The notes under the pieces were generated by a model. It saw nothing but the letters and a program-made list of their open reading frames with translations, was not told the origin of the DNA and searched no databases. Below, in pieces: positions 29,552-40,206 of a stretch of 64,000 nucleotides of DNA. The DNA is from Perkinsela sp. CCAP 1560/9. Lineage: Eukaryota; Protista; Euglenozoa: Kinetoplastea. A program made the translations under genes and the position numbers. The stretch covers positions 744,001 through 808,000 of the forward strand of contig CBFFSA010000003.1 in NCBI GenBank assembly GCA_965644495.1, given 5' to 3'. The stretch's first letter is position 1; every line of letters begins with the position of its first letter.

Positions 29552-30577
29552 ATGAACCCGCCCCTCCCCTCCTTCACCTGCACCCCCACCTCCTTCCGTC
29601 TCCACGCCGGCGGGGAGGCCGTCATCACCGTCACCAACCGCGAAAACACCCCCATCACCTTCAAAATCAAAACCACAACCCCCACACGCTACGTCGTCCG
29701 GCCCCGTATCGGCGTCATCCTCTCCAACGAGACCATCCATGTCACCATCCAGCACCGTGCGGCCGAGCCCCCCGCCCTATCCACCCCCCATCTCCATCTA
29801 AACCCACAAGCCTCCAATCTCCATCTCACCCCTACAAATCTAAATGCTGCCGCTACGGCTGCCGCTACGGCTACGGCTGCCGCTACCGCTGCGGTTCCCT
29901 CCACGAGTTCCCCCCTCTCCCCGGCGGGTGGTCTCGCGGTGCTGCGCGACCGGTTCAAAGTCGAGGCAGTGTTTCTCCCGGTGGAGTGCCCGGCCCCGTT
30001 GTTCTCCACCACAGCGGCCCACCGGAGCCACACGAGTGGTGGGGGCGGGAGTAGTGGACCTACGAGTAGTGGTACGCCGGTGACCACACGGAGTGGGGGT
30101 AGTGGCACTCGTGTCGGAGCACTCGGGGAGGGTCCGGAGGGGGGGAGGGGGACCGGGGTGTCGCCTGTGCCGAGTCTACAGGCTGAGGTGGACAGTAGTA
30201 TTGCGACGCATTGGGGGAGCAAACCCAAGGCACGGGAGGTGGAGATGCAGTGTGCGGTGTTGTTACGGCGTGGGGGAGGGAGGGGAGGGGAGAGAGGAGG
30301 GGAGGGGGGAGGGGGGGAGGGTAAGGGAGAGTGGGAGGGGAGGTTAGAACGGGTACAGCACACCGCGGAGGTGTTACGGGAGAAGGTGGTGGCGTTGGAG
30401 AGGGAGATGCGGGGAGGAGGTGGGGGGGATGGAGGGGAGAGGGGGGAGGGGGAGGGGGGTTCGGATGGGGGGTCGGTGTTGTGGTCGTTGTTGACCGGGG
30501 TGGCTCTGTTGGTGCCGTTTGTGGTTTACCTGCTGGCGTTGTTTTACCCGCAGACGTTGCGGTATTTGACAAAGTAG
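29552..30577 (+). CDS. VAP-like protein (MSP domain, coiled coil, C-terminal TM)
   Basis: ITFKIKTTTPTRYVVRPRIGVI, DRFKVE, hydrophobic tail. Confidence 0.85.
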   Translation: MNPPLPSFTCTPTSFRLHAGGEAVITVTNRENTPITFKIKTTTPTRYVVRPRIGVILSNETIHVTIQHRAAEPPALSTPHLHLNPQASNLHLTPTNLNAAATAAATATAAATAAVPSTSSPLSPAGGLAVLRDRFKVEAVFLPVECPAPLFSTTAAHRSHTSGGGGSSGPTSSGTPVTTRSGGSGTRVGALGEGPEGGRGTGVSPVPSLQAEVDSSIATHWGSKPKAREVEMQCAVLLRRGGGRGGERGGEGGGGEGKGEWEGRLERVQHTAEVLREKVVALEREMRGGGGGDGGERGEGEGGSDGGSVLWSLLTGVALLVPFVVYLLALFYPQTLRYLTK

Positions 30578-31050
30578 GACGGCAGATAGTAGATGTGTCT
30601 ACTGTGATGGGATTAAAAGCACTGGCAATATGAGAAAAGGACGTGAGGGAAGAACTCGAGAGTACTCACGGTGTACATTGGTTCACAAAATATTTTATGA
30701 GCAATGTTTGAAAAAAGCAATCAATCGTATCGATGCATATTTATCCATCATATCGATGCATTTTTATTGATTCTGAATAGCAAAGTCGTGCAAAGTTGTA
30801 GAATGAACGTACCTTGTACGGACAACGTATATTTTGAGCTGAAATGAGAAAACACACAAAATAATCGAGTCTATAAATAGAGTGCACGTTGTCTAGGATC
30901 TTACTGATTTTACTGTCTTAAGGATCGGAAACGTTATTTCACAATGCAGAACATGTACCCTTGCGTGAGACTATTATTTAGTAGAAGTGACTAATTAGGC
31001 GTATTTTAGCATCCTTTACACCTTACTATGATTTTGTGTCTGGAATTCCT

Positions 31051-34000
31051 ATGTCTCGGTTTCTAGTAGCTAGTCTTGTCATGGTTTGTAGCTGGTTGCT
31101 CCAGTACCAGCCGCTTCTTCCTCGCAATAATATTCCGGAGAGTTGCACTAAGGTAAAGCATAGCATCACAGAAGACACATTTGAACCACTTAATGACCCT
31201 GCAGATCTTTCTAACACCATATTCGTCGGTGAATTAACAGCTACAAATCGTGTACTACACGGATTTGAACTTCCTTCCGCAAGTCACTTTCTGTTTTACG
31301 AACCTTCGCATTGGTGGTTTCAATACACAAAAACAAGCCTGAATATTATCTACGGAATTGACACAACAGACGAAGTACGTGGAACCTATAGTAGGTCCAC
31401 AAAGCCTCTGGATTTGTCTCATAGCTCATCAAACGTTAGTGACTTGGTAGCAGACAGGGGTACACCGCCCATTAATGCTACTTCAATCGTAGTGATATCT
31501 CCATCTGATGTTGAGATTAGCCTGTGGGATAAAGAAAGGGTTTTGCTTCCCTTGGAATTATGTTCTAGGTTAGATCACGCTGTTTCCGTACTAAACGTTA
31601 CGGTAAGCGACCCCGACTCTGAAATTCATTTCAATACAGAACACTTGTTACCGAACGCTCAGACGAATTTAGGATTTATTGAGTGTCACATTTGGGATTC
31701 AATTCTGAACTCTTTACGTGCACGTTGCGCTGTTTCCCGATATGATGACCACATCAGGTCAGAGGAAATTACATCCATGCAGCGAAGAATAGATGCTTAC
31801 CTCCATCTTGTAAAACAGAGAAATCACTATCGACGGATAAATGTTGATTTCTCTTGCCAGTTGCATGACAGGAGCAATTACAGTCTTCGTCACTCTTATG
31901 AAATCAAAATTAGCCCGCCGTACGGCGTATTTCCACAACATAGTATCGATTTCCGCTCTTGCTCGATCCGAGCAACCACAGAGCGTTATTTCACGGTGAG
32001 AAATCCACGAGATGATCCTATACAAGTTCAGCTACTACCCCTTAGTTCCTTGCTCGGTAACTCTGGATTTAGCGTGGAGAAAATGCAAGGAATGCTCCAG
32101 AATATGAATTGTCATGAAAATCTCTCGCATAGCTTTTTAAGAGGGCAAGAATCTCCAAGGAAGCTTGAAGTCTCCGAAGAATCTTCCGTGTTTCGGTGTA
32201 GCCCAAAAACACAGCTCCCTCGTGTTATTCTACCCCATCAAACTGGTCGTCTAGGTCCCATTTCGTTTGATCCCAGCAACGATCGAAATTACAGCTCTGT
32301 TTTCCTACTCCGAAACAACGTGACAGAAATAGATATCATTTCCGTGCAAGGAACTGGCGGCCGAGGGAAGATCTCTTTGATTCAGGAGGAGAAATCTTGG
32401 ATGCCTGAAAACCCAATCACACTGAATGTACAATGCTGTAAGACTACTTTCCCCACAATAGAACAATCCATCAACGGAACAAACTATCATACAGAGTTAC
32501 CTGTGCGTTTTTCTGTAGGATCGACGGTTGCGCCTCCTTATCCCTGCCAATCTACTCTCCTTCCAGTGTCCTCTAACATGGGATTTTCATGGTCGGTAGT
32601 ATCGGGCGTCCTTCCCCTGGAGCTCCGAAACACGGGACAATACCCCATGCGAATCTGGCGACTGGAGTTCGATGAAGAATGCCTCGCCTTGGACAATTTT
32701 GAAGTCCTTCCAGCCATTAGAAAGGGGGAAATCCATTATGCCCCGATAGATTTTCAAAGCACATCAAATATTCAAAGAGTGTACAACGATACAGCTGCTC
32801 TATTGGACGTGGGTCAGTCGTTTCACTTCCGTATTTTCGTAAGGAGGGCCTGTAATCAGAATTGCACATTGTATGTCTTCTCAGATGAAGAAGTAGCAGA
32901 ATATCCTATTCGATTTAAGGCTCAATTTGAAGTTTGTGCAGATTCACATTTTGATTGGAGCAGATTTTGCGTTAACACACTATGTGGAGGCCTTCTTTGG
33001 TGTTCTTTGAGCTTCCTTCTTTCCTCGCAATGGATGAGTCCACCGTCATTTTCTAAAGCTGTCGTTACAACGCCCATCTTCACAACCCCTATTTCAGATA
33101 TTCGGGTGATACATGTATGTTGGTCCCAAATTATCTCTTTAATCGAAACTGTTTCCTTTATATTCCGCCGATTCCTAAAAAAAGTCATCTCTCACGTGAA
33201 GCGAAGAAGCTCTTCAAAAATTGATACAGATGATCTGCATGATGATGAAGATAAGTTGTTAAAAACGACAAGTGGCCATGACAAAGAACACCTTCCTACG
33301 CGCGGTCTCGAGCTCAATCGAGATTTCTCAAGAAGTAAAGCGCATAGCCCACTTGCCTTTCGCAGGTACTCCACACATGTAAGTCCACTCGTGATCTCGA
33401 ATGGGCCATCAAAGATCAATCCTTCCAAGAATCATGCCACGACGCCGATACTTCCTAACGGAAAACTTAAAGGCACCATTGATATTTGCATCGAAGAATC
33501 ACAGGCAAGATATGAAATCTACGCGGAGGAGATTTCAAGCAAGGAAGTCCTCAGAGGACATAAGAGAGAGCTGACAAAGAAGCGATTCGAATCGTTTCCT
33601 GAATCAATGCAATCGTTTTCGGAGCTTTCCGACACAGCAACCAGTGCGGTAGGCAAGGAAACACGTGCAATGCAGGAAGACAAATCAAACCCAGACCAAG
33701 CAGTTGATCACTCCGACTCTCTGCAAAGTCCTTGCATCTCGGAACGCGAAACCTCGGCTCCTTATTTGCCCAACAGGTTGCCTCGACGGAATTCAAAAGC
33801 GCAACTCTCCCTTGCGTTATCCAGAGATAACTTCACACACAAACCTCAGGAGCCCCACATGGGAAGAAAAATGAGACGCTCCGGAAGTCGTAACCTTAAC
33901 CCCTCCGAGTCTACCGAAAAATTTCACTTCAAAGACACTCCCATAACAGCGACATTGGAACCCGTCTCCCAGCCCCCTCGTGACTTCTCCTCCATGCTTA

Positions 34001-34284
34001 CCGACTTAGAATTTCGTGGAAACATGAATCCGTCGGATCCCTTCGACCTCTTCGCCACCGCCTCTCCCCCGTCTAAGGGAGGGATGGGAAGTCTGAAAAC
34101 GCATTATGGGACCGGGGACAAGCCACCCTCAGAACTCACCCCTTACGCAGGTGCAGCTTGCTCCCCCTATCAGCCCACACCTGGCCCGATGAAGCCACTA
34201 CCCCCGAGCGAGCCAAAAAGCCCCCCCTCTCGCACACCGTTTAAATATGATTTCCCCGGCGCCTTTGGATTTCTGGATCCGTAG
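31051..34284 (+). CDS. TMEM131-like protein
   Basis: Signal-like N-terminus, FTVRNPRDDPIQVQL, LLRNNVTEIDIISVQGTGGRG, LRNTGQYPMRI, a TM segment, then a disordered tail. Confidence 0.65.
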   Translation: MSRFLVASLVMVCSWLLQYQPLLPRNNIPESCTKVKHSITEDTFEPLNDPADLSNTIFVGELTATNRVLHGFELPSASHFLFYEPSHWWFQYTKTSLNIIYGIDTTDEVRGTYSRSTKPLDLSHSSSNVSDLVADRGTPPINATSIVVISPSDVEISLWDKERVLLPLELCSRLDHAVSVLNVTVSDPDSEIHFNTEHLLPNAQTNLGFIECHIWDSILNSLRARCAVSRYDDHIRSEEITSMQRRIDAYLHLVKQRNHYRRINVDFSCQLHDRSNYSLRHSYEIKISPPYGVFPQHSIDFRSCSIRATTERYFTVRNPRDDPIQVQLLPLSSLLGNSGFSVEKMQGMLQNMNCHENLSHSFLRGQESPRKLEVSEESSVFRCSPKTQLPRVILPHQTGRLGPISFDPSNDRNYSSVFLLRNNVTEIDIISVQGTGGRGKISLIQEEKSWMPENPITLNVQCCKTTFPTIEQSINGTNYHTELPVRFSVGSTVAPPYPCQSTLLPVSSNMGFSWSVVSGVLPLELRNTGQYPMRIWRLEFDEECLALDNFEVLPAIRKGEIHYAPIDFQSTSNIQRVYNDTAALLDVGQSFHFRIFVRRACNQNCTLYVFSDEEVAEYPIRFKAQFEVCADSHFDWSRFCVNTLCGGLLWCSLSFLLSSQWMSPPSFSKAVVTTPIFTTPISDIRVIHVCWSQIISLIETVSFIFRRFLKKVISHVKRRSSSKIDTDDLHDDEDKLLKTTSGHDKEHLPTRGLELNRDFSRSKAHSPLAFRRYSTHVSPLVISNGPSKINPSKNHATTPILPNGKLKGTIDICIEESQARYEIYAEEISSKEVLRGHKRELTKKRFESFPESMQSFSELSDTATSAVGKETRAMQEDKSNPDQAVDHSDSLQSPCISERETSAPYLPNRLPRRNSKAQLSLALSRDNFTHKPQEPHMGRKMRRSGSRNLNPSESTEKFHFKDTPITATLEPVSQPPRDFSSMLTDLEFRGNMNPSDPFDLFATASPPSKGGMGSLKTHYGTGDKPPSELTPYAGAACSPYQPTPGPMKPLPPSEPKSPPSRTPFKYDFPGAFGFLDP

Positions 34285-34729
34285 TGGATAATCCCGGGCG
34301 TGCAAGCTAGCCTGTATGCGGGTAAGCTGAACAACGCATTACACCCCTTTTTGTTTTTATACGAATACTACATGTATGCATGTAGGGTAGTATGGGCGTG
34401 ACAATATTAGAGTATGGGATCTCAACATTATTGCACAGTCCCCAGGTTTATGTTTTTGACACCCCTTTATTTCTTGAATAATTTTACAGTATGCCTCCAA
34501 GTCTCTATTTTGCCATTTTTTGCGTCTTCATCTCCGAAAAAGTAATACATGATGGATCCAAGCTCTTTCCACTTTGCTTTATAAAACCATCGTACACGTT
34601 GATAATATCAAAAAAAAACTATGGTTCTTTAAAAATCCCCCTACCTACTACCTCATTTTTATCCTTCGAACACTCCCTTTTATCCCCCTAGCATTTTACC
34701 TTCTCTTCTTCCTTTTTATCTCCCCCACC

Positions 34730-35959
34730 ATGTTCCTTCGCTCCCTCTCCCGCCGCCTCGCCCTCCGCCCCTCTCGTCTCCTCCCCTACTGCGTCGACCC
34801 CTCCTCCCCCTCCTCCCCCAAATTCGAAAAATTCTCCGAATTCGACGTCCTCAAAGAGGGCAACCTCCCCACCGCCCTCGCCTCCAACGACGAGTGGGTG
34901 GTCCAGGAAAAAGTCCACGGCGCGAACTTCTCCATCCACGCCTTCGGCCGCGCCTCCCACATCAAATACGCCAAGCGCAGTGGTTTCATCGACCCCTCCG
35001 AGTACTTCTTCGGCTACACCAAACTCGTGCCCCAGTTTACCCAACAACTCCCGCTCCTCCAAACCGCCCTCGAGACCCACCACGGCCCCGTGGAGTCCTT
35101 CATCCTCTACGGCGAGGTCTTCGGCGGGCGCTACACCCACCCCGAGGTCTCCCAGGCCGAGCGCTTCACCGAGTTCCGCGGCCAGCAACGCCGCATCGCC
35201 CCCGTCCAGGCCGATTTCGTCCCCCAGTACAGCCCCGACCTCCACTTCTACGCCTACGAGCTCGCGCTGCGCCCCCGGGCCGACGCCCCCTGGTCCACCC
35301 TCACCGCGGACGAAGCCAACACGGTCTTCGAGAGCGTCCCCGCGCTGCTGTTCGCCCGGGTCCTCTTCCGCGGGACCATGGCCCAGTGCCTCTCGTTTGA
35401 CCTCGACCGCTTCGAGAGCCTCATCCCGCACCTCCTCGGTCTCGGGGCCTTCGTGCTCCCGCGGAACTACGCCGAGGGGATTGTGCTGCGCCGCGCGTCC
35501 CGGGGAGGGGTCACCGCGAGTCTGGTCAAGTCGACGATTGTGAAGATGAAGCAGCGAGGGTTCCAGGAGAGTCGACACGGCGCGGAGGTGAGGAAGGGGA
35601 TGGGGGTGGAGGAGGCCCGGGGGGAGCAGATGCGGCGGAACGGGGAGACGGTGGTGCGGAGTGCGGCGGTGCTGTCCGCGGGGGAGCACGGGGCGCTGGA
35701 CGCGCTGCGGGGGAGGGTGGGTCCCGCGACCTGGGCCGCGGTGTGTGAGGCGCAGGGGGGGCCGTTTGAGAGTCCGGCGGAGGCGGTGGCGGCGCTGGCG
35801 AAGGGGGCACTGACGCAATGGATGCAGGATACGGAGGCGTGTCCGGATAGCGTGGCGAGTTTCTCGCATAGCACGCGACGTCATACGGTGAATTATTTGC
35901 GAATCGCGGCAGAGAAGTTTGTGGCGAATATTTGGAAGGAGTATAAGAAGGCGGGGTGA
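34730..35959 (+). CDS. KREL2: Mitochondrial RNA editing ligase (REL2-like)
   Basis: Presequence MFLRSLSRRL; EKVHGANF (motif I), YAKRSG, GEVFGGRYTHP, PQYSPDLHFYA, NYAEGIV, IVKMK. These details fit REL2 better than REL1. Confidence 0.8.
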   Translation: MFLRSLSRRLALRPSRLLPYCVDPSSPSSPKFEKFSEFDVLKEGNLPTALASNDEWVVQEKVHGANFSIHAFGRASHIKYAKRSGFIDPSEYFFGYTKLVPQFTQQLPLLQTALETHHGPVESFILYGEVFGGRYTHPEVSQAERFTEFRGQQRRIAPVQADFVPQYSPDLHFYAYELALRPRADAPWSTLTADEANTVFESVPALLFARVLFRGTMAQCLSFDLDRFESLIPHLLGLGAFVLPRNYAEGIVLRRASRGGVTASLVKSTIVKMKQRGFQESRHGAEVRKGMGVEEARGEQMRRNGETVVRSAAVLSAGEHGALDALRGRVGPATWAAVCEAQGGPFESPAEAVAALAKGALTQWMQDTEACPDSVASFSHSTRRHTVNYLRIAAEKFVANIWKEYKKAG

Positions 35960-36258
35960 AGAGGGTGTAGGGAACTGTGTAGAGGGGTGCGTGTATATGG
36001 CATAAAAGAGTGGATGTGGAGACTTGGACTTCAGTTTTGAGTCACCATGTCGCTTTTGTATAACCATTACCGAAATGGACGGGTATTGTCAGAATATTGG
36101 CAACGGGAGAAAAAAATATGTGCAATAGGTGGCTGAAAATAGTTTTGACAGGTAAGGATTTTTCGCTGCTACAAATGTTTGTTGATGTAATAGTAGTCAT
36201 GCAGGTGCATCTTCGTTTATTCGCCTAGAAATAACGCTTATTTGTGCTTAAAGACTTC

Positions 36259-38502
36259 ATGAACTACGGTCACGGGGTGTCTGTGTCCGATGGACAAGAA
36301 AAATATGCCGGTATTCACAGTGTTACAGCACGAAAACATACGCCATCGCCTCTTTCCAGTATGTTATCCGATGATGATGGCTCCACGTATATTCCGGAAA
36401 CACAGTATCCCGCCGCAGACAAACCAGCGGCTAAGCAAGATTTGTATGTCGATAGTCGACTGACCGACTGGAAAATTATGACACACGAGTTGTACGGCGG
36501 TACTCCCCCGGAAAGTCCTATGGCAGTTCCCAGTGACTTGGCTTTTTCAAAGCAAAATTCGGGCACACCCGGAAATGAGACACCGTCGCTGAAGTTACAA
36601 TCCAAGACCAGCGGCTCTAAAAAATCAGAAAGCCAATCAACAGAGAAGAAAACGAGCGTGGCCAGATCCAGTAGTAAAAGACCATCCTATGCTGCATTAA
36701 ACGAATACCCTAAGGCCCGAGGGAGGGTACAAGCACGACATGTTAATGGCGTGTGGTATCCGGCCACTATCACTGAGTACCTCCATGGTGATTCTCATGC
36801 CTACATTGTCTGGGATGATACCAACCCTAATAGTAAAGTTCCGATATCACTGGGAAATATTCGTCCACTTGAGGAGGCAGACATTAAAAGTTCTTCGAAC
36901 ACTAAGAGTTCCCAGCGAAAAAGTGATGCTATTTCAAATGCCAATAATCGTTCGGAAGACAACTCTGAATCTACTGCCGAAGCGGCGAAGGCCACGGCCG
37001 GTGTGAAGACAACGACTAAGGATACCGTCGTCTACGGGCGAAAAAATCCTCCCCCCATTGGGGTAGAGTTATGCGGATGCCACGCACATTTGAGGCGATT
37101 TTATAAACTGGTGGTGAAGTCTATTGATGATGGGGTCGCACATGTGGAGTATGAGGATGGTAGCACGGACTGGTTGCCTTGTAGCAGTATAAAGCCTGCG
37201 GGGAGTGTGCCAACAGCCAAGGTACTGAAGAATGAAACCTATGGTACCCCATCCGTCGATACACCTCAACACTCTGAAAAGCACAGCAAGCCTACTAATA
37301 TGAAGGAGGCAAGCACTCATTCGAAGACGCTACCCAAACAACCCACAAGTCACAAATCTAGTTACCCGAAGGTGCCGGAAGGGAAGAAAGAAAAACATGT
37401 GTCTTTAACGAGCAGTGTTGCTGAGACCCCCAAAGTCAAGGGGTCGTCTACTAGGAAAAACAGAAAAGCATCCCACCACACACCTCAAACCCCTCATAGT
37501 AGGAGCTCCGGAAAGACACGTCACCGATCTCACACCCCTACCCGTGAACTCCTTCCGGCCGATTCCGTCGATTCCTCTACACGAAAACGCAAACTCAAAC
37601 CCGAAACAAACGAACACACCTTTGCATGGCCCGGCGCTGTCCCCAAGCCCTCCTCTTCCTCCTCCGACAAACACCGAAAACCCGAATCCGCGGACCTTAA
37701 AAAACTTCGCCACGCCGTAACCTCTCCACTACGACTTCAACAACCCCACCCCACCGCCACCATCCACCCCCCCACCGCCATCCCCCCACAGGACAACCCC
37801 CCTCCCTCCGGAACCGACCGCCCCGACCCCGCCCCGACCTTACCCCCATGGTCCATCCCCCCTCTCTACCCCTCCCCTCATGCCTCCCACCCTTCTCCTC
37901 CCTACCCCTACTACCCCTCTAACCCCTCCACTGCGCACTACCCCTGGCCTCCAGGGAATATCCACGGGATCTACCCCCCAACCTATGGCTTACTACCGCA
38001 GCAGCAACAGCAATTACAAATTCAACAGCAACAAATTCAACAACAACAAATTCAACAACAACAAATTCCTTTCCTTAACCCGGTCTACTATGAGACGGTG
38101 GAGAGTGCGGAATACACCGTTGAACACTATGGGGTAACCCCCGGTAGGTTGTTGTACTTTCAACAACCACAACAAGAACAACAAAGTGGTAGTAGTATTG
38201 CTCATGCATTAAACAGGAGTTCCCCGGATGGGAGAACGGAATCCCGACTCGGGGTGTTACTCCACATCGGGGTACTACGCCCTGAGGTTGGGCAGCACCC
38301 CACGCTGCCCGGGACGGTGGCCGTGATGCGACCGGTGGAGACGGGGTCGTTTGTGGTGCATGGGAGTGTACGGCTGCCGTACGCCGTGCCTGCGCCGTGT
38401 GCCACGCCCGTGGTGGTGCCACTGGAGCAGGTGGAACGGGAGGTCAGGCCGATTACGATACGGAGGGAACAGTTGACGCATACGTATTTTTTGAAAAAGT
38501 GA
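36259..38502 (+). CDS. Tudor/Agenet-like domain protein with low-complexity regions
   Basis: RVQARHVNGVWYPATITE..AYIVWDD and FYKLVVKSIDDGVAHVEYEDGSTDWL; Pro/Gln-rich tail. Confidence 0.6.
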   Translation: MNYGHGVSVSDGQEKYAGIHSVTARKHTPSPLSSMLSDDDGSTYIPETQYPAADKPAAKQDLYVDSRLTDWKIMTHELYGGTPPESPMAVPSDLAFSKQNSGTPGNETPSLKLQSKTSGSKKSESQSTEKKTSVARSSSKRPSYAALNEYPKARGRVQARHVNGVWYPATITEYLHGDSHAYIVWDDTNPNSKVPISLGNIRPLEEADIKSSSNTKSSQRKSDAISNANNRSEDNSESTAEAAKATAGVKTTTKDTVVYGRKNPPPIGVELCGCHAHLRRFYKLVVKSIDDGVAHVEYEDGSTDWLPCSSIKPAGSVPTAKVLKNETYGTPSVDTPQHSEKHSKPTNMKEASTHSKTLPKQPTSHKSSYPKVPEGKKEKHVSLTSSVAETPKVKGSSTRKNRKASHHTPQTPHSRSSGKTRHRSHTPTRELLPADSVDSSTRKRKLKPETNEHTFAWPGAVPKPSSSSSDKHRKPESADLKKLRHAVTSPLRLQQPHPTATIHPPTAIPPQDNPPPSGTDRPDPAPTLPPWSIPPLYPSPHASHPSPPYPYYPSNPSTAHYPWPPGNIHGIYPPTYGLLPQQQQQLQIQQQQIQQQQIQQQQIPFLNPVYYETVESAEYTVEHYGVTPGRLLYFQQPQQEQQSGSSIAHALNRSSPDGRTESRLGVLLHIGVLRPEVGQHPTLPGTVAVMRPVETGSFVVHGSVRLPYAVPAPCATPVVVPLEQVEREVRPITIRREQLTHTYFLKK

Positions 38503-38750
38503 CGGACGAGAAAAAGGGGACCTACAAAGTAGAATAAGGTGAAATTGGGGAAATAATGAGCCCAAGTTTAAGTGTCTGCGTTTCATTTTTCTTATTTTTG
38601 GTAGCCAATTTTTTCCGTAAGAATTATGAATTCTCTCGTTTAGTAATTATTGAAGCTTATACTCCGATTATACGAATAGTGCGATTTTTTATACATTTTC
38701 TCTCAACCGCCTTTTTCTCTTTTAGCATTCTTTTGACTGCTGTTTTCTTT

Positions 38751-39899
38751 ATGCAACCATTCAACGTAACACTGTACACCTTACCTGGGATCCAGCACAC
38801 ACTCTACCCCTCCATCTCTCCCGAGGGTTCCGCCGCCTATTACCTCCTGAAACACTGGCTCTACACCCGATCCCATGTCGCCATTGAAATTCTACAAGGC
38901 CTATTGGAGCTTAACTTGGTCTCTGCGACTCCTGAAACGGCAAAACGATCATACGACTTTGATATCTTACATGTAAAGTATCATACACTGTCTCTTCCAC
39001 GGATTGTGTTACCCGATCAAACGACTCTGCAAGGTCTCAGCTCACTGCTTCGTTGGCTCACCGTACACGACCCATCCTACATGGAAAACGAAACGAACGC
39101 AGCATGCGATTTAGAGCTTTGTCCTCGAAAAGAGGTAGCCGATGACATTTTAACACACTGGATTCAATATCGACTGGTTCACTCGCTGACAAATGTTTTA
39201 TACGCCCCTCCGAATTACAAGGCCGTGACGCATCGCGTCGCTATGCGTTGTGTTCCGCTCTGGCGTCGTGCTTTGAGGTTTTATTCAACACAAAGAAAAG
39301 AAAACCTCAGTGCTGCACAAGATAAAAATGGAAAATCAGATATTGAAGTATTGGTCACCGCGTTACATGATTTGCGTGAAACGGTTCCGGGCAGAATACG
39401 GGAAATAGAACGTTCCGCGGAACGCTCCATGTTGGAAGCGCCCGTATCTAGATCTCGCGTTCCTGATGTGTTTGATCTGTCGTATGTAGATGCTATTTTA
39501 TGCGGACTACTTACTGTTGTCATACATACCCCCTGGGAGCACTCATGTGATCCAACGGCACACATGAATGAAAGAGATGTCCTGTGTTTGTATTATGACA
39601 CATTGAGGGATGTGTTACAGAAACGACTAGGTTGTCACACCCATCTTCAGGATCTGCTGAAGCATAGAAGTGAAAAGCAAATTACAGCTACCCGTCCGAG
39701 GCATCCGAAAATATACACTTTTCCGAAATTGGACCCCTTTGATCCTTCAGGTCGATGGACAGTGGCGCTTGCGACACTTGGACTTAGTTTGATGTATCTA
39801 GTATTCACGAACGTTGAGATTTTAATCGAAAATAAAGCATCACAAGATCCACAAGCTTCACTCGGTGATGATGCATCATCAGACGCAGCCGAGGAATAG
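38751..39899 (+). CDS. Metaxin/Sam37-like GST-fold outer-membrane protein
   Basis: PSISPEGSAAYYLLK, LPRI...LQGLSSLLRWL, SYVDAILCGLL, C-terminal TM. Confidence 0.55.
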   Translation: MQPFNVTLYTLPGIQHTLYPSISPEGSAAYYLLKHWLYTRSHVAIEILQGLLELNLVSATPETAKRSYDFDILHVKYHTLSLPRIVLPDQTTLQGLSSLLRWLTVHDPSYMENETNAACDLELCPRKEVADDILTHWIQYRLVHSLTNVLYAPPNYKAVTHRVAMRCVPLWRRALRFYSTQRKENLSAAQDKNGKSDIEVLVTALHDLRETVPGRIREIERSAERSMLEAPVSRSRVPDVFDLSYVDAILCGLLTVVIHTPWEHSCDPTAHMNERDVLCLYYDTLRDVLQKRLGCHTHLQDLLKHRSEKQITATRPRHPKIYTFPKLDPFDPSGRWTVALATLGLSLMYLVFTNVEILIENKASQDPQASLGDDASSDAAEE

Positions 39900-40206
39900 T
39901 ATTTTCATGCGTAACACTGTCATTTAGCTGGAGTTGAGATCTCGGGGGGATGATGTGCTGTTTGAATTCTATATTCTACGTGATTCGTTGAATACGAATA
40001 CAACCTAACCTATTCTCTGTAGAGGATTTTAATAATACAATTTGTTCGTGTGCAGCCAGAACAAATCATTTTTGAACGTATGCATAAAATACCATAATCT
40101 CTTTTTATTATTGGTTATGGTCGGTGGTCAGCGCGGGATTTGATGTACGTCTGCTTTCAGATAACACGCCCTACATAAAATTTGCACAAGTCGGACAGTT
40201 AATTTC

